A stretch of 64,000 nt of DNA from Ureibacillus sp. (GTDB lineage Bacteria; Bacillota; Bacilli; Bacillales_A; Planococcaceae). The notes under the pieces are model-generated. The model was not told the DNA's origin and searched no databases. It worked only from the letters and a program-made list of their open reading frames with translations. The stretch is from positions 386-64,385 of the forward strand of contig DATMGC010000151.1 in NCBI GenBank assembly GCA_035555915.1, written 5' to 3'. Shown here piece after piece: positions 1 to 12,288 of the stretch. A program made the position numbers and the translations under genes. Position 1 is the first letter of the stretch; the number at the start of each line of letters is the position of its first letter.

Positions 1-206
1 TTGGAGGACTCTGACAAGTGTGCTTGCACACGTGGGAAGAGACCGAAACGACTCGAGGGGCAAGCCGCCGCAGCTGGACATCTAGAAAAGCGAAGGCGCC
101 CCGCTAAGCCCCGACCAGCGCTGGAAGGCCCGAATCGAAAGCATCTTTCCAGCTTTCGACCGAGAGACTGAAGCGATCTCGAGCGGCTGGGCGCCGCAGC
201 TAAACA
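1..206. repeat. Two tandem copies (first truncated by window edge) of a GC-rich Bacillaceae-type intergenic repeat
   Basis: GAGACCGAAACGACTCGAGGGGCAAGCCGCCGCAGCTGGACA (~39-80) vs GAGACTGAAGCGATCTCGAGCGGCTGGGCGCCGCAGCTAAACA (~164-206); GC far above flanks; second unit starts CTAGAAAAGCG. Confidence 0.7.
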
Positions 207-281
207 TCATAAAAAACGGAGGCAACCTACTTGCCCCGAATTTATATAACTCATAAAACCACTTTAGGAGGAGACAAAAAA

Positions 282-1421
282 ATGAGCTTACAACCACACG
301 GAGGAACATTAGTTCAAAATTTCAACCCAAATGCATCTTATGAAAATATCGAAAAGGAAATCCAACTAGACGCTACTTCATTAAGTGATCTAGAATTAAT
401 CGGTATTGGTGCATACAGCCCAATTGATGGTTTTTTAACAAAGAAAGATTACGAGAATGTTGTTCAAAATATGCGCTTAGCTAATGGCGTTGTATGGAGT
501 ATTCCTATTACGCTACCTGTATCAGAAGAAGTAGCAGAAGGACTGACAATTGGTGAAAAAGTAAAACTAACTTTTAACGGAGAAGTTTATGGTCTAATTG
601 AAGTTAGTGATATCTTCACACCTGACAAAGAAGAGGAAGCTCGTTTAGTTTATGGAACAGATGATTTAAACCATCCTGGTGTTAAGAAACTTTTAGATCG
701 CCCTGCTGTATATGTTGGTGGGAAAACAACTTTAATTAAGAAATCAGAAAAACAATTCCCTGCATATAGTTTCGAACCAAGTGAAACAAGAGCAATTTTT
801 GCAGAAAAAGGCTGGAAAACAATTGTTGGATTCCAAACAAGAAACCCTGTTCACCGCGCACATGAATATATCCAAAAAGTTGCCTTAGAAACAGTGGATG
901 GATTATTTTTAAACCCGTTAGTTGGTGAAACTAAGTCTGATGATATTTCTGCTGAAATCCGTATGGAAAGCTATGAAGTTTTACTTGACCAATACTATCC
1001 AAAAGAACGTGTTCAACTAGGTGTATTCCTTGCTGCGATGCGCTATGCGGGACCAAGAGAAGCAATTTTCCATGCATTAGTTCGTAAAAATTATGGTTGT
1101 ACACACTTTATTGTTGGTCGTGACCATGCAGGTGTTGGCGATTACTACGGCACTTACGATGCTCAAAAAATCTTTGAAAACTTTACACCTGAAGAAATTG
1201 GTATTACACCATTAAAATTCGAACACAGTTTCTATTGCACGGCTTGCGAAGGAATGGCGACAACAAAAACATGTCCTCACGATGCTTCATCTCGTATCAT
1301 TTTATCAGGTACAAAAGTACGTGAAATGTTACGAAATGGCGAAATTCCACCAAGTACATTTAGTAGAAAAGAAGTTGTTGAAGTATTAATTCGCGGTCTA
1401 CGCAAAGAAGTTCATTCATAA
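282..1421 (+). CDS. sat: Sulfate adenylyltransferase (ATP sulfurylase)
   Basis: [10 protein letters not shown] and VGRDHAG motifs; ATG 282 follows AGGAGG RBS (track start 231 too long). Confidence 0.96.
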   Translation: MSLQPHGGTLVQNFNPNASYENIEKEIQLDATSLSDLELIGIGAYSPIDGFLTKKDYENVVQNMRLANGVVWSIPITLPVSEEVAEGLTIGEKVKLTFNGEVYGLIEVSDIFTPDKEEEARLVYGTDDLNHPGVKKLLDRPAVYVGGKTTLIKKSEKQFPAYSFEPSETRAIFAEKGWKTIVGFQTRNPVHRAHEYIQKVALETVDGLFLNPLVGETKSDDISAEIRMESYEVLLDQYYPKERVQLGVFLAAMRYAGPREAIFHALVRKNYGCTHFIVGRDHAGVGDYYGTYDAQKIFENFTPEEIGITPLKFEHSFYCTACEGMATTKTCPHDASSRIILSGTKVREMLRNGEIPPSTFSRKEVVEVLIRGLRKEVHS

Positions 1422-1437
1422 AAAAGAGGTGTAAATA

Positions 1438-2034
1438 GTGAGTTCAAATATTGTATGGCATGATGCCTCCATTAGTAAAAATGAAAGAAAAGAAAAAAAC
1501 AATCATTCTAGTTTTATCCTTTGGTTTACAGGGCTATCTGCTTCTGGAAAATCCTCTATTGCTAACTCGTTAGCTAGAGAATTATTCGAAAGAGGCAATC
1601 AAGCATTCGTATTAGATGGCGATAACATCCGACACGGATTAAATAAAGACCTAGGATTTGATGAGAACTCTCGTAAAGAAAACATCCGAAGAATTGGGGA
1701 AGTTTCCAAACTGTTTGTTGAGAGCGGTCAAATCGTCCTAACTGCCTTTATTTCACCTTATCAAGAAGATCGTGACACTGTGCGTGCTCTAGTTGAAGAT
1801 GGTGAATTCATCGAAGTTTTCGTTAAATGCTCTGTTGAAGAATGTGAACGTAGAGATCCAAAAGGTCTATACAAAAAAGCAAGAAATGAAGAAATTAAAA
1901 ATTTCACAGGCATTAGTGCTCCTTATGAGGCACCAGTAAATCCAGAAATCGTAGTAGACAGTGAGAATTATTCTGTTGAAGAATGCACCGAACAATTAAT
2001 TCAAATTTTAACTTCAAAGAACTATATTAAATAA
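1438..2034 (+). CDS. cysC: Adenylyl-sulfate kinase
   Basis: [12 protein letters not shown]-loop, [20 protein letters not shown]. Confidence 0.96.
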   Translation: MSSNIVWHDASISKNERKEKNNHSSFILWFTGLSASGKSSIANSLARELFERGNQAFVLDGDNIRHGLNKDLGFDENSRKENIRRIGEVSKLFVESGQIVLTAFISPYQEDRDTVRALVEDGEFIEVFVKCSVEECERRDPKGLYKKARNEEIKNFTGISAPYEAPVNPEIVVDSENYSVEECTEQLIQILTSKNYIK

Positions 2035-2048
2035 TATTGTTTTATAGA

Positions 2049-2088
2049 AAGTTGTTAAATGAGTATTTACTTATTTAACAACTTTTTT
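2049..2088 (+). terminator. Intrinsic terminator after cysC
   Basis: AAGTTGTTAAATGAGT / ACTTATTTAACAACTT stem followed by T-run. Confidence 0.8.
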
Positions 2089-2159
2089 GTTGTACTCCAT
2101 TTCCCTATTTTAGATAGATGGTGTTAATAAAAAATTCTAGCACCTCTAAACACTTATTA

Positions 2160-2269
2160 GAACTGAGCATGATGCAATACATATCTTTGGTTTTGGGGGC
2201 AAAGACATTGTATTAAGTACAAAACTGGGGGAAGTTTTGTGCTTGAAGTTATTGCATCATGGTCATTTC
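2160..2269. ncRNA. Candidate structured RNA or MITE-like element (three-way junction)
   Basis: 20-bp outer inverted repeat with 2 mismatches enclosing two hairpins with G5 (C5 on minus) loops; lies between two convergent terminators. Confidence 0.35.
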
Positions 2270-2300
2270 AAACAAGCAATCGCTATCAAATAAATCTTAT

Positions 2301-2333
2301 AAAATGAGGTTCCTTATTAATTTAAGGAACCTC
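2301..2333 (-). terminator. Intrinsic terminator of sulfonate operon
   Basis: Perfect 11-bp stem GAGGTTCCTTA/TAAGGAACCTC just past the monooxygenase stop. Confidence 0.75.
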
Positions 2334-2358
2334 TAGTTTTCTAGTTGGTAGCCGTTTT

Positions 2359-3561
2359 TTAAATTTCAATTTTAATATTGCGATTAGCTAATTTTTCTTT
2401 TAATACTGGTATTAATAATTCACCAGATATTTTTGCTTCTTCAAGATGTGGATACCCCGATAAGATGAATTTGCCAATTCCTATATCAACATATTCTAAT
2501 AATCGATCTGCAACTTGCTCTGGTGTACCTACAAATGTTAAACTTCCTCCGTTTCGAACAAGTGCAAGCCCAGACCATAAATTAGGTCGTACAAAATAGT
2601 TATTTTTTATTGCTTCTGCACGTAGTTGATTCTGACGCGCTTCCCCAACAGATAGAAACTCAGCATTTACATATTTTTCATAAGCACTATCAATCACTGA
2701 CGGATCTACTTTACTAATGATTTTATTCGCAGCAGCTAAGGCTTCCTCTTCTGTTTCCCTAACTAACACATGTGCTCTTAAACCGTAGTTAAGTTCTCGT
2801 CGAATTCCTTTTTGTTGTTCTAATTCTTCGAGGTAGCCTTGGACTTCATCGATTTGTTCTTTAATCCACTCAACAGGTTCCGCCCACATTAAGAAGACGT
2901 CTGCTGTTTCTGCCGCAACTCGTTTACCTTTTTCTGAACTGCCACCAAAGTACAATGGTGGTAATGGCTTCTGAATAACTTCAGGATGGCTAATTGCATT
3001 TTCTAATTCATAGTATTCACCTTTAAAGTTTATCTTTTTCTCTCCTTCCCCTTTGTCTGAATCACCTTTACTTAAAAATTCAGAACTTCCAGGTCCTGTA
3101 GAATTTTCCCAAAGCTCTCTTAGAATTTGTAAAAACTCTTTTGTTCGATCATAACGTTTCGAATGACTATCGAACAAAGGATCACCCATGCTCTTTAAAT
3201 CAGGAACAGCTCCACCTGTAACAATATTAAATCGTGCACGTCCATTAGATAACACATCAATGGTAGCACCCATTCTCGCAGCGACCACCGGAGATACTAA
3301 ACCTGGGCGTAGAGCCATTAAAGGTGCCAGTGTTTTTGTATGGGAGATGATGATAGATCCTACTACCCACGAGTCTAAGCATCCTCGACCAGTTGGTATT
3401 AAAGCAAATGTGTATCCTGCTTCTTCCGCCGCTTTTGCAACCTCTATTAAATATTCTGTTGTTGCTGGACGATTTGGTTCGACACCTACAAATTCTCCAT
3501 CACCACGGACTGGTATAAACCAGCCCAATTCAATGTTTTCAACACGTTTTACTTCTGCCAT
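2359..3561 (-). CDS. LLM-class flavin-dependent monooxygenase (alkanesulfonate monooxygenase-like)
   Basis: LIPTGRGCLDSW, ALRPG, GRARFNIVTGG, PPLYFGGSS, FILSGYPHLEEA motifs typical of SsuD/MsuD. Confidence 0.88.
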   Translation of the reverse strand: MAEVKRVENIELGWFIPVRGDGEFVGVEPNRPATTEYLIEVAKAAEEAGYTFALIPTGRGCLDSWVVGSIIISHTKTLAPLMALRPGLVSPVVAARMGATIDVLSNGRARFNIVTGGAVPDLKSMGDPLFDSHSKRYDRTKEFLQILRELWENSTGPGSSEFLSKGDSDKGEGEKKINFKGEYYELENAISHPEVIQKPLPPLYFGGSSEKGKRVAAETADVFLMWAEPVEWIKEQIDEVQGYLEELEQQKGIRRELNYGLRAHVLVRETEEEALAAANKIISKVDPSVIDSAYEKYVNAEFLSVGEARQNQLRAEAIKNNYFVRPNLWSGLALVRNGGSLTFVGTPEQVADRLLEYVDIGIGKFILSGYPHLEEAKISGELLIPVLKEKLANRNIKIEI

Positions 3562-3563
3562 AT

Positions 3564-4553
3564 TTATTCTTCCTCCTTCAATGCTTTTTCTAAATAAGTT
3601 GGATTAATTAACTTGTTCACATCTACTTCTTCACGAATAACACCAGATTCTAGTAAATCATCAATAGTTTCTTGAAGAGAAGTATAAACCCCTTCAGTAA
3701 TTTCGATATCATATTCTTTTCTAGGAACAGCTAACTCTAAGATTTCCTTTTCTGTTCCAAAGAAAGTGTGTAAATTTTCAATAGTTTCTTCCGGATTGTC
3801 TTTACTCCATTCTTCGGCTTTATGTAGCACTTTCAATAAACGTTCAAGAATCTCCGGATGCTTCTCAGCAAATTCATTAGCTGCTATATAATAGGAATAA
3901 TCATTAAACAATCCTTCTGCATCATCTATTTGTTTCCCGATATTCTCATACTCTGTTGTAGATATCCAAGGCTCATATAATACAGCTGCATCAATATCAC
4001 CATTGTCTAAGGACAGTTTTAAATCCGCAGGTTGTAAATTGATTTGTTCAATATCGGAGTTCGTTAGATTATTTTCTTTCAAGTATTCGTTTAGCAGACG
4101 ATGACCAATAGAGCCTGCAGTTACGCCTACTTTTTTCCCTTTTAGTTGATCAAAGCTTGTAATATCGGAATCTGTTGGTACTACTAATCCAAGAGATTGT
4201 TCACCTGAAGAATATACACCAACAACGGAGATCTCAATCCCATTCGCTAAAGCTTGAACAGCTGGTTGTGCTCCTACTTGCCCAAAATCTAAATGTCCAC
4301 CGGCAATAGATTCAATTAGTGGAGGACCAGATAAGAATTGTACATACTCAATTTCAACATTATCGTCTTTAAATTCCTCATCTAAAAATCCTTGTTCTTT
4401 TGCTACACCTAACATGGAATACACACTTGTATAGCCGAAACGTAACACTACTTTTTCATCTTTTTCTCCTTCAGTTGCTTTTGCTTCTTCATCACCACAT
4501 GCTGCTAAAATACTCACAAGCGCTAAAACTAATATAAACCACCATTTCTTCAT
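3564..4553 (-). CDS. Aliphatic sulfonate-type ABC transporter substrate-binding lipoprotein (SsuA-like)
   Basis: Lipobox LAACG; FLSGPPLIE, LKGKKVGVTAGS, DAAVLYEPW. Confidence 0.88.
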   Translation of the reverse strand: MKKWWFILVLALVSILAACGDEEAKATEGEKDEKVVLRFGYTSVYSMLGVAKEQGFLDEEFKDDNVEIEYVQFLSGPPLIESIAGGHLDFGQVGAQPAVQALANGIEISVVGVYSSGEQSLGLVVPTDSDITSFDQLKGKKVGVTAGSIGHRLLNEYLKENNLTNSDIEQINLQPADLKLSLDNGDIDAAVLYEPWISTTEYENIGKQIDDAEGLFNDYSYYIAANEFAEKHPEILERLLKVLHKAEEWSKDNPEETIENLHTFFGTEKEILELAVPRKEYDIEITEGVYTSLQETIDDLLESGVIREEVDVNKLINPTYLEKALKEEE

Positions 4554-4571
4554 ATCTTCACTCCACTTTCT

Positions 4572-5342
4572 TTATATTTCGTAGTTAAAATCAGGTTCTT
4601 CCTGTTTGAAAAATTGTTGATAAATAATGTCTCGATAGTGAACAAAATCTGAACTGTTTCTATTTCGATTTCTAGGTAATTGAATATTCAGAACCTTTCG
4701 GATAGTTCCAGGTCTGCTAGACATAATTACTACTCGGTCTGCTAAGTAGACAGCTTCATCAATGTCATGTGTAACAAGAATCATCGTAGACTTTTGATAT
4801 TCTCTTATTCTTAGAATTTCATCTTGCATCGTCATTTTTGTTAAGGCATCTAGTGCCCCAAACGGCTCATCTAATAAAAGTATTTTAGGTTGATTAATTA
4901 AGGCTCTAGCAATACTTACTCTCTGTTGCATCCCTCCTGATAATTGATGTGGATATGCTTTCTGAAATTCTTGTAAGCCCACAATGTTTAAGTAGTGTTG
5001 TATTAATTCCTTTTTTGTTGCTTTATCTAAGGCATTTGAAATACCAAATTCAATATTCTTTTCGACTGTTAACCATGGAAATAATCTAGATTCTTGAAAG
5101 ATTACCCCACGATCAGTACTAGGTTTAGTAATAGGGGTATTATCGTATAGAACTGTGCCTGTTGTTTGCTCTTCAAGACCAGCAATTATACGTAGCAATG
5201 TACTTTTCCCACATCCACTAGCGCCAACTATACATATAAATTCTCCCTCTTCTACTTGTAAGGAGATATTCTCTAATGCTTTAACTTTCCCAGTAGGGAT
5301 TTGAAACTCTTTATTTACTTGATTAATAGACAATATTGCCAT
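4572..5342 (-). CDS. ABC transporter ATP-binding protein (SsuB/TauB-like)
   Basis: GASGCGKST, LSGGMQQR, LLLDEPFGALD; start re-assigned to ATG 5342. Confidence 0.92.
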   Translation of the reverse strand: MAILSINQVNKEFQIPTGKVKALENISLQVEEGEFICIVGASGCGKSTLLRIIAGLEEQTTGTVLYDNTPITKPSTDRGVIFQESRLFPWLTVEKNIEFGISNALDKATKKELIQHYLNIVGLQEFQKAYPHQLSGGMQQRVSIARALINQPKILLLDEPFGALDALTKMTMQDEILRIREYQKSTMILVTHDIDEAVYLADRVVIMSSRPGTIRKVLNIQLPRNRNRNSSDFVHYRDIIYQQFFKQEEPDFNYEI

Positions 5343-5360
5343 GATTCTCACCTTACTTCC

Positions 5361-6179
5361 TTATTTAAAATAATTAGGATCCCATTTAATAATTTTTGCC
5401 TGCACTTTTCTCAAACAAAAATCAATGGCAAATCCAATAAATGCGATACATACTACACTAGCTAGCATGGAATCTGTTTGAGAAATTTCACGGGAGTATG
5501 ACATAAAATAACCAATTCCTGCAGATGCTGCAATAAGCTCTGCTCCAACTACACTTCGCCAAGCAAAATCCATTCCTGAACGTAATCCAACGAAGATAGA
5601 AGGTAAAGAGGATGGAAGAATTACTTGTAATATTAATGTCTTTTGATTCTTCTCTAATACTTGCGCTACCTCTAAAAGTTTACTATCGGTTCTTTTAATC
5701 GCATCAATTACATTAATTAGAACTGGCCAAAAGCTCGCTATCGCAATAACCACAATTTTTGAAGTTTCTCCGATTCCGAACCATAAGATTAAAATTGGAA
5801 TCCAGGCAAGATTAGGAATTGGTCTTAATAAACCGATCACTAATGTTGTTGCAGCGTCAACGGGTTTAAACAAACCAATGGCAATACCTAATATAATCCC
5901 TACGGATGCTCCGATTAAAAATCCTTGTAAGATTCGTAATAAGCTCGTAATGATATGTTTGAACATTTCTCCACTAATTAATAAGCTCCATAATGTTTCT
6001 AGAACCCTTGAGGGTGCTGGTAAGATAGTGGATCTGATCATTCCCGATTGACTTAATATCTCCCAAGTCAATAACAGAACAATTGGTACACCAAGTTTTA
6101 ATCCAAATAATATTTTCTTCTTCCAATCAGTGGAGTTTACTTTCCTTATTGGATACTCCTTTAACGTTGTTTGCTCCAA
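5361..6179 (-). CDS. ABC transporter permease (SsuC-like)
   Basis: LRPIPNLAWIPILILWFGIGE, AELIAASAGIG; TTG start after AAGGGGAG. Confidence 0.9.
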   Translation of the reverse strand: MEQTTLKEYPIRKVNSTDWKKKILFGLKLGVPIVLLLTWEILSQSGMIRSTILPAPSRVLETLWSLLISGEMFKHIITSLLRILQGFLIGASVGIILGIAIGLFKPVDAATTLVIGLLRPIPNLAWIPILILWFGIGETSKIVVIAIASFWPVLINVIDAIKRTDSKLLEVAQVLEKNQKTLILQVILPSSLPSIFVGLRSGMDFAWRSVVGAELIAASAGIGYFMSYSREISQTDSMLASVVCIAFIGFAIDFCLRKVQAKIIKWDPNYFK

Positions 6180-6202
6180 AATTTTTCTCCCCTTTCGAAT
6201 GC

Positions 6203-6234
6203 AAAAAGGCTCCTATCTCAAAAGATAGGAGCCT
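6203..6234 (-). terminator. Terminator-like hairpin within 5' leader of sulfonate operon
   Basis: Perfect 12-bp stem AGGCTCCTATCT/AGATAGGAGCCT, 4-nt loop, T5 tail on minus strand, just upstream of the permease RBS. Confidence 0.7.
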
Positions 6235-6285
6235 CTATATGTATAGTTGACTTCTTAAAATACTTATTTGTAATGTTATTAAAAT

Positions 6286-6317
6286 TTACTTGCTCTAGTA
6301 GACTAGTAGGCAAGTAA
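6286..6317. promoter_or_regulatory. Operator-like inverted repeat just downstream of the predicted promoter
   Basis: TTACTTGC-N16-GCAAGTAA enclosing CTAGTAG direct repeats. Confidence 0.4.
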
Positions 6318-6330
6318 TTTCCTTAAAATT

Positions 6331-6359
6331 AATTTACAATATTTGATTTTTAATGTCAA
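6331..6359 (-). promoter_or_regulatory. SigA-type promoter of sulfonate operon
   Basis: TTGACA-17-TAAATT on minus strand. Confidence 0.65.
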
Positions 6360-6608
6360 CTAATTTTATAAGAATTATACGTTTAATTATGTTAATGTAA
6401 TTATTTGTATAATAAAGTATAGAATGGCACTTATAAATAGGGATTATAAATTCTAAATTAAATGTACTCCCTATGAATTTATTAAGCTGAAATCCGCTAT
6501 CTAATAATGTTTTTACTTTTTTTCTTGTTAGTAGAAGGTAAACTGGACATATTGTATATTATAAGAAAAAGCCCAGAGTGGCCTGTATTGTATGTGAGGT
6601 GCAGCTAG

Positions 6609-7205
6609 ATGACAAATAGTATTTCAAAAATTGAGGAATTTTTCAATAAACCTTCTAAGTGGCAGGAGGAATACGGCTATTTAAGAAAAATCATTCTTGA
6701 TTGTGGGGGTGAACTTAGTGAAGAGTACAAATGGATGCACCCCTGTTATACATTTAATAATAAAAATATCGTGTTAATCCATGGATTTAAAGAATATTGT
6801 GCCTTGCTCTTTCACAAAGGGGCTTTGTTAAAAGATCCTCACAGTATCCTTATTCAGCAATCAGAAAATGTACAAGCAGCTCGTCAGATTCGTTTCACCA
6901 CTCTTCAACAAATCGTTGAATTGGAAAATGTAATAAAAGAATATATTCTTGCTGCCGTTAAAATTGAAAAATCCGGATTAGAAATTGAATTTAAAAAGAC
7001 TACCGAATACACAGTTCCTGAAGAATTTCAAAGAAAATTAGATGAACTCCCTGAGTTAAAAACAGCATTTGAAGAGTTAACACCAGGTCGCCAAAGAGCC
7101 TATCTGCTTCACTTCTCTACACCGAAGCAATCTAAAACACGTGAATCCAGAATTGAAAAATGCATACCGCAGATTTTGGAAGGTAAGGGGCTGAATGATA
7201 AATAG
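6609..7205 (+). CDS. YdeI/OmpD-associated family protein (DUF1801 + bacteriocin-protection domain)
   Basis: EEYKWMHPCY, ALLFHKGALLKD, FEELTPGRQRAY, KQSKTRESRIEK. Confidence 0.85.
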   Translation: MTNSISKIEEFFNKPSKWQEEYGYLRKIILDCGGELSEEYKWMHPCYTFNNKNIVLIHGFKEYCALLFHKGALLKDPHSILIQQSENVQAARQIRFTTLQQIVELENVIKEYILAAVKIEKSGLEIEFKKTTEYTVPEEFQRKLDELPELKTAFEELTPGRQRAYLLHFSTPKQSKTRESRIEKCIPQILEGKGLNDK

Positions 7206-7289
7206 TATGCCTACTTTAAGACCTTGCAAGCTTCCCCTGAGGCTGGTTCGGTCATAGAGAGGGTTCTTCTGGGCGCTCTTCTGGGCGCT

Positions 7290-7740
7290 CTTCTACGTTT
7301 CTAGCTTTATTTTGGTCTGTTTCGTCTTTGAGATGGGGTTTCTTCTACCGTTCTAGCTTCTTTTATTGCCATAACGTCTTAGAAATGCCCTCACTTCTAC
7401 CGTTTTAGCATCTTTTATTGCCATAACGTCTTAGAGAGCCCTTCTCTTCTACCTTTCTAGCTTCTATTTGGCCTGTTTCGTCTTAGAGATGGGGTTTCTT
7501 CTACCGTTCTAGCTTCTGTTATCGCCATAACGTCTTAGAGATGCCTTCTCTTCTACCGTTTTAGCATCTTTTATTGCCATAACGTCTTAGAGATTCCCTC
7601 TCTTCTACCTTTCTCGCTTCATTTGAGCCTGTAACGTCTTAGAGAGCCCTCCTCTTCTACCGTTCTAGCATCCTTTATTGCCATAACGTCTTAGAGATGC
7701 CCTCTCTTCTCCTTTACTAACTTCTATTGCTGCAATAACC
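7290..7740. repeat. Non-coding tandem array of 52-bp units (8 full + 1 degenerate)
   Basis: CTTCTAC recurs at 7290, 7342, 7394, 7446, 7498, 7550, 7602, 7654 (degenerate at 7706): exact 52-bp period; preceded by a 12-bp duplication (TCTTCTGGGCGC x2). Confidence 0.95.
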
Positions 7741-7855
7741 ACTAATTAGCCAATTTCAAACCCCATTTTCTTATAGCATCCCCCTCTTAAAGAAAAAAAA
7801 CGAACTTCAAAAGTCCGCCTTTCATTGCACAACACCACTTATGTCCAGAAAAAGA

Positions 7856-7884
7856 AAAAAACCCTTGCCTAAACAAGGGTTTTT
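7856..7884 (-). terminator. Intrinsic (bidirectional-looking) terminator of suf operon
   Basis: AAAAACCCTTG/CAAGGGTTTTT stem flanked by A/T runs. Confidence 0.8.
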
Positions 7885-7890
7885 CATTAC

Positions 7891-9288
7891 TTATCCGATT
7901 GAACCTTCCATTTCGAACTTGATTAGACGGTTCATTTCTACTGCGTATTCCATTGGTAATTCTTTTGTGAATGGTTCGATGAAGCCCATTACGATCATTT
8001 CTGTTGCTTCTGCTTCAGAAATACCACGGCTCATTAGGTAGAATAATTGTTCCTCAGACACTTTAGAAACTTTTGCTTCGTGTTCTAAAGATACGTTATC
8101 ATTTAAGATTTCGTTGTAAGGAATTGTATCTGATGTTGATTGATTATCTAAAATTAAAGTATCACATTCGATATTTGAACGAGCACCAGTTGCTTTTTTA
8201 CCAAAGCGAACGATACCACGGTAAGTTACTTTACCGCCTTGTTTAGAGATCGATTTAGATACGATTGTTGAAGATGTGTTTGGTGCTAAGTGAATCATTT
8301 TTGCACCAGCATCTTGGTGTTGACCTTTACCTGCGATGGCAATAGAAAGAGTCATACCACGAGCACCTTCACCTTTTAAGATACATGCTGGGTATTTCAT
8401 TGTTAATTTAGAACCGATGTTACCATCAATCCATTCCATCGTACCGTTTTCTTCAACAACTGTACGTTTTGTAACTAGGTTATATACGTTATTTGCCCAG
8501 TTTTGAATTGTAGTATAACGGCAATATGCATCTTTTTTAACAATGATTTCAACTACTGCTGAGTGAAGTGAGTTTGTAGTATAAACAGGTGCAGTACAAC
8601 CTTCTACATAGTGAACACTTGAACCTTCATCAACAATAATTAAAGTACGTTCGAATTGACCCATATTTTCAGAGTTAATACGGAAGTATGCTTGAAGTGG
8701 TGTGTCTAATTTTACACCAGGTGGAACATAGATAAATGATCCCCCAGACCAAACTGCTGAGTTAAGTGCAGCAAATTTGTTATCTGAAGATGGAATTACA
8801 GTACCCCAGTATTGTTTAAAGATATCTTCATTTTCACGTAATGCTGAATCTGTATCTTTGAACACGATACCTAAATCTTCAAGGTCTTTTTTCATGTTGT
8901 GGTAAACTACTTCAGATTCATACTGAGCAGATACACCTGCTAGATATTTTTGTTCAGCTTCAGGAATACCTAATTTGTCAAATGTTGCTTTGATTTCTTC
9001 AGGTACTTCATCCCAAGATTTTTGAGTTGCTTCAGATGGTTTTACATAGTAAGTAATTTCATCGAAGTTTAAAGCTGAAAGGTCACCACCCCATTGTGGC
9101 ATTGGTTTTGTGTAGAAGATTTCTAACGCTTTTAGACGGTAGTTTAACATCCACTCTGGTTCATTTTTCATTTTTGAGATTTCACGTACGATTTCATCAG
9201 TTAATCCACGTTTTGAACGGAAAACTGATACGTCTTTGTCATGGAAGCCGTATTTGTAATCGCCGATATCTGGCATTTTTTTAGCCAT
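7891..9288 (-). CDS. sufB: Fe-S cluster assembly protein SufB
   Basis: [22 protein letters not shown]; last gene of sufCDSUB. Confidence 0.97.
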   Translation of the reverse strand: MAKKMPDIGDYKYGFHDKDVSVFRSKRGLTDEIVREISKMKNEPEWMLNYRLKALEIFYTKPMPQWGGDLSALNFDEITYYVKPSEATQKSWDEVPEEIKATFDKLGIPEAEQKYLAGVSAQYESEVVYHNMKKDLEDLGIVFKDTDSALRENEDIFKQYWGTVIPSSDNKFAALNSAVWSGGSFIYVPPGVKLDTPLQAYFRINSENMGQFERTLIIVDEGSSVHYVEGCTAPVYTTNSLHSAVVEIIVKKDAYCRYTTIQNWANNVYNLVTKRTVVEENGTMEWIDGNIGSKLTMKYPACILKGEGARGMTLSIAIAGKGQHQDAGAKMIHLAPNTSSTIVSKSISKQGGKVTYRGIVRFGKKATGARSNIECDTLILDNQSTSDTIPYNEILNDNVSLEHEAKVSKVSEEQLFYLMSRGISEAEATEMIVMGFIEPFTKELPMEYAVEMNRLIKFEMEGSIG

Positions 9289-9312
9289 TTTATTCTCCTC
9301 CGTTCAAACTAA

Positions 9313-12270
<2,958 letters not shown>

Positions 12271-12288
12271 GTTGATTCGTCCTCCTTA

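Noticed and set aside
82-309. 75-aa minus-strand ORF in the track
   Set aside because: It lies across the GC-rich repeat and the sat RBS; an artefact of repeat composition.
2118-2306. Short ORFs (32 aa and 22 aa) overlapping the structured element
   Set aside because: The first lacks an RBS; the second is not hydrophobic or toxin-like and its start codon is buried in a stem.
7290-7740. CRISPR array or repeat-protein CDS
   Set aside because: Whole 52-bp units are homologous with no unique spacers and no cas genes. The period is not a multiple of 3 and stops fall in every frame.
7760-7800. AAGAGGGGG RBS-like sequence on the minus strand next to the array
   Set aside because: It is followed only by 2- to 6-codon ORFs.
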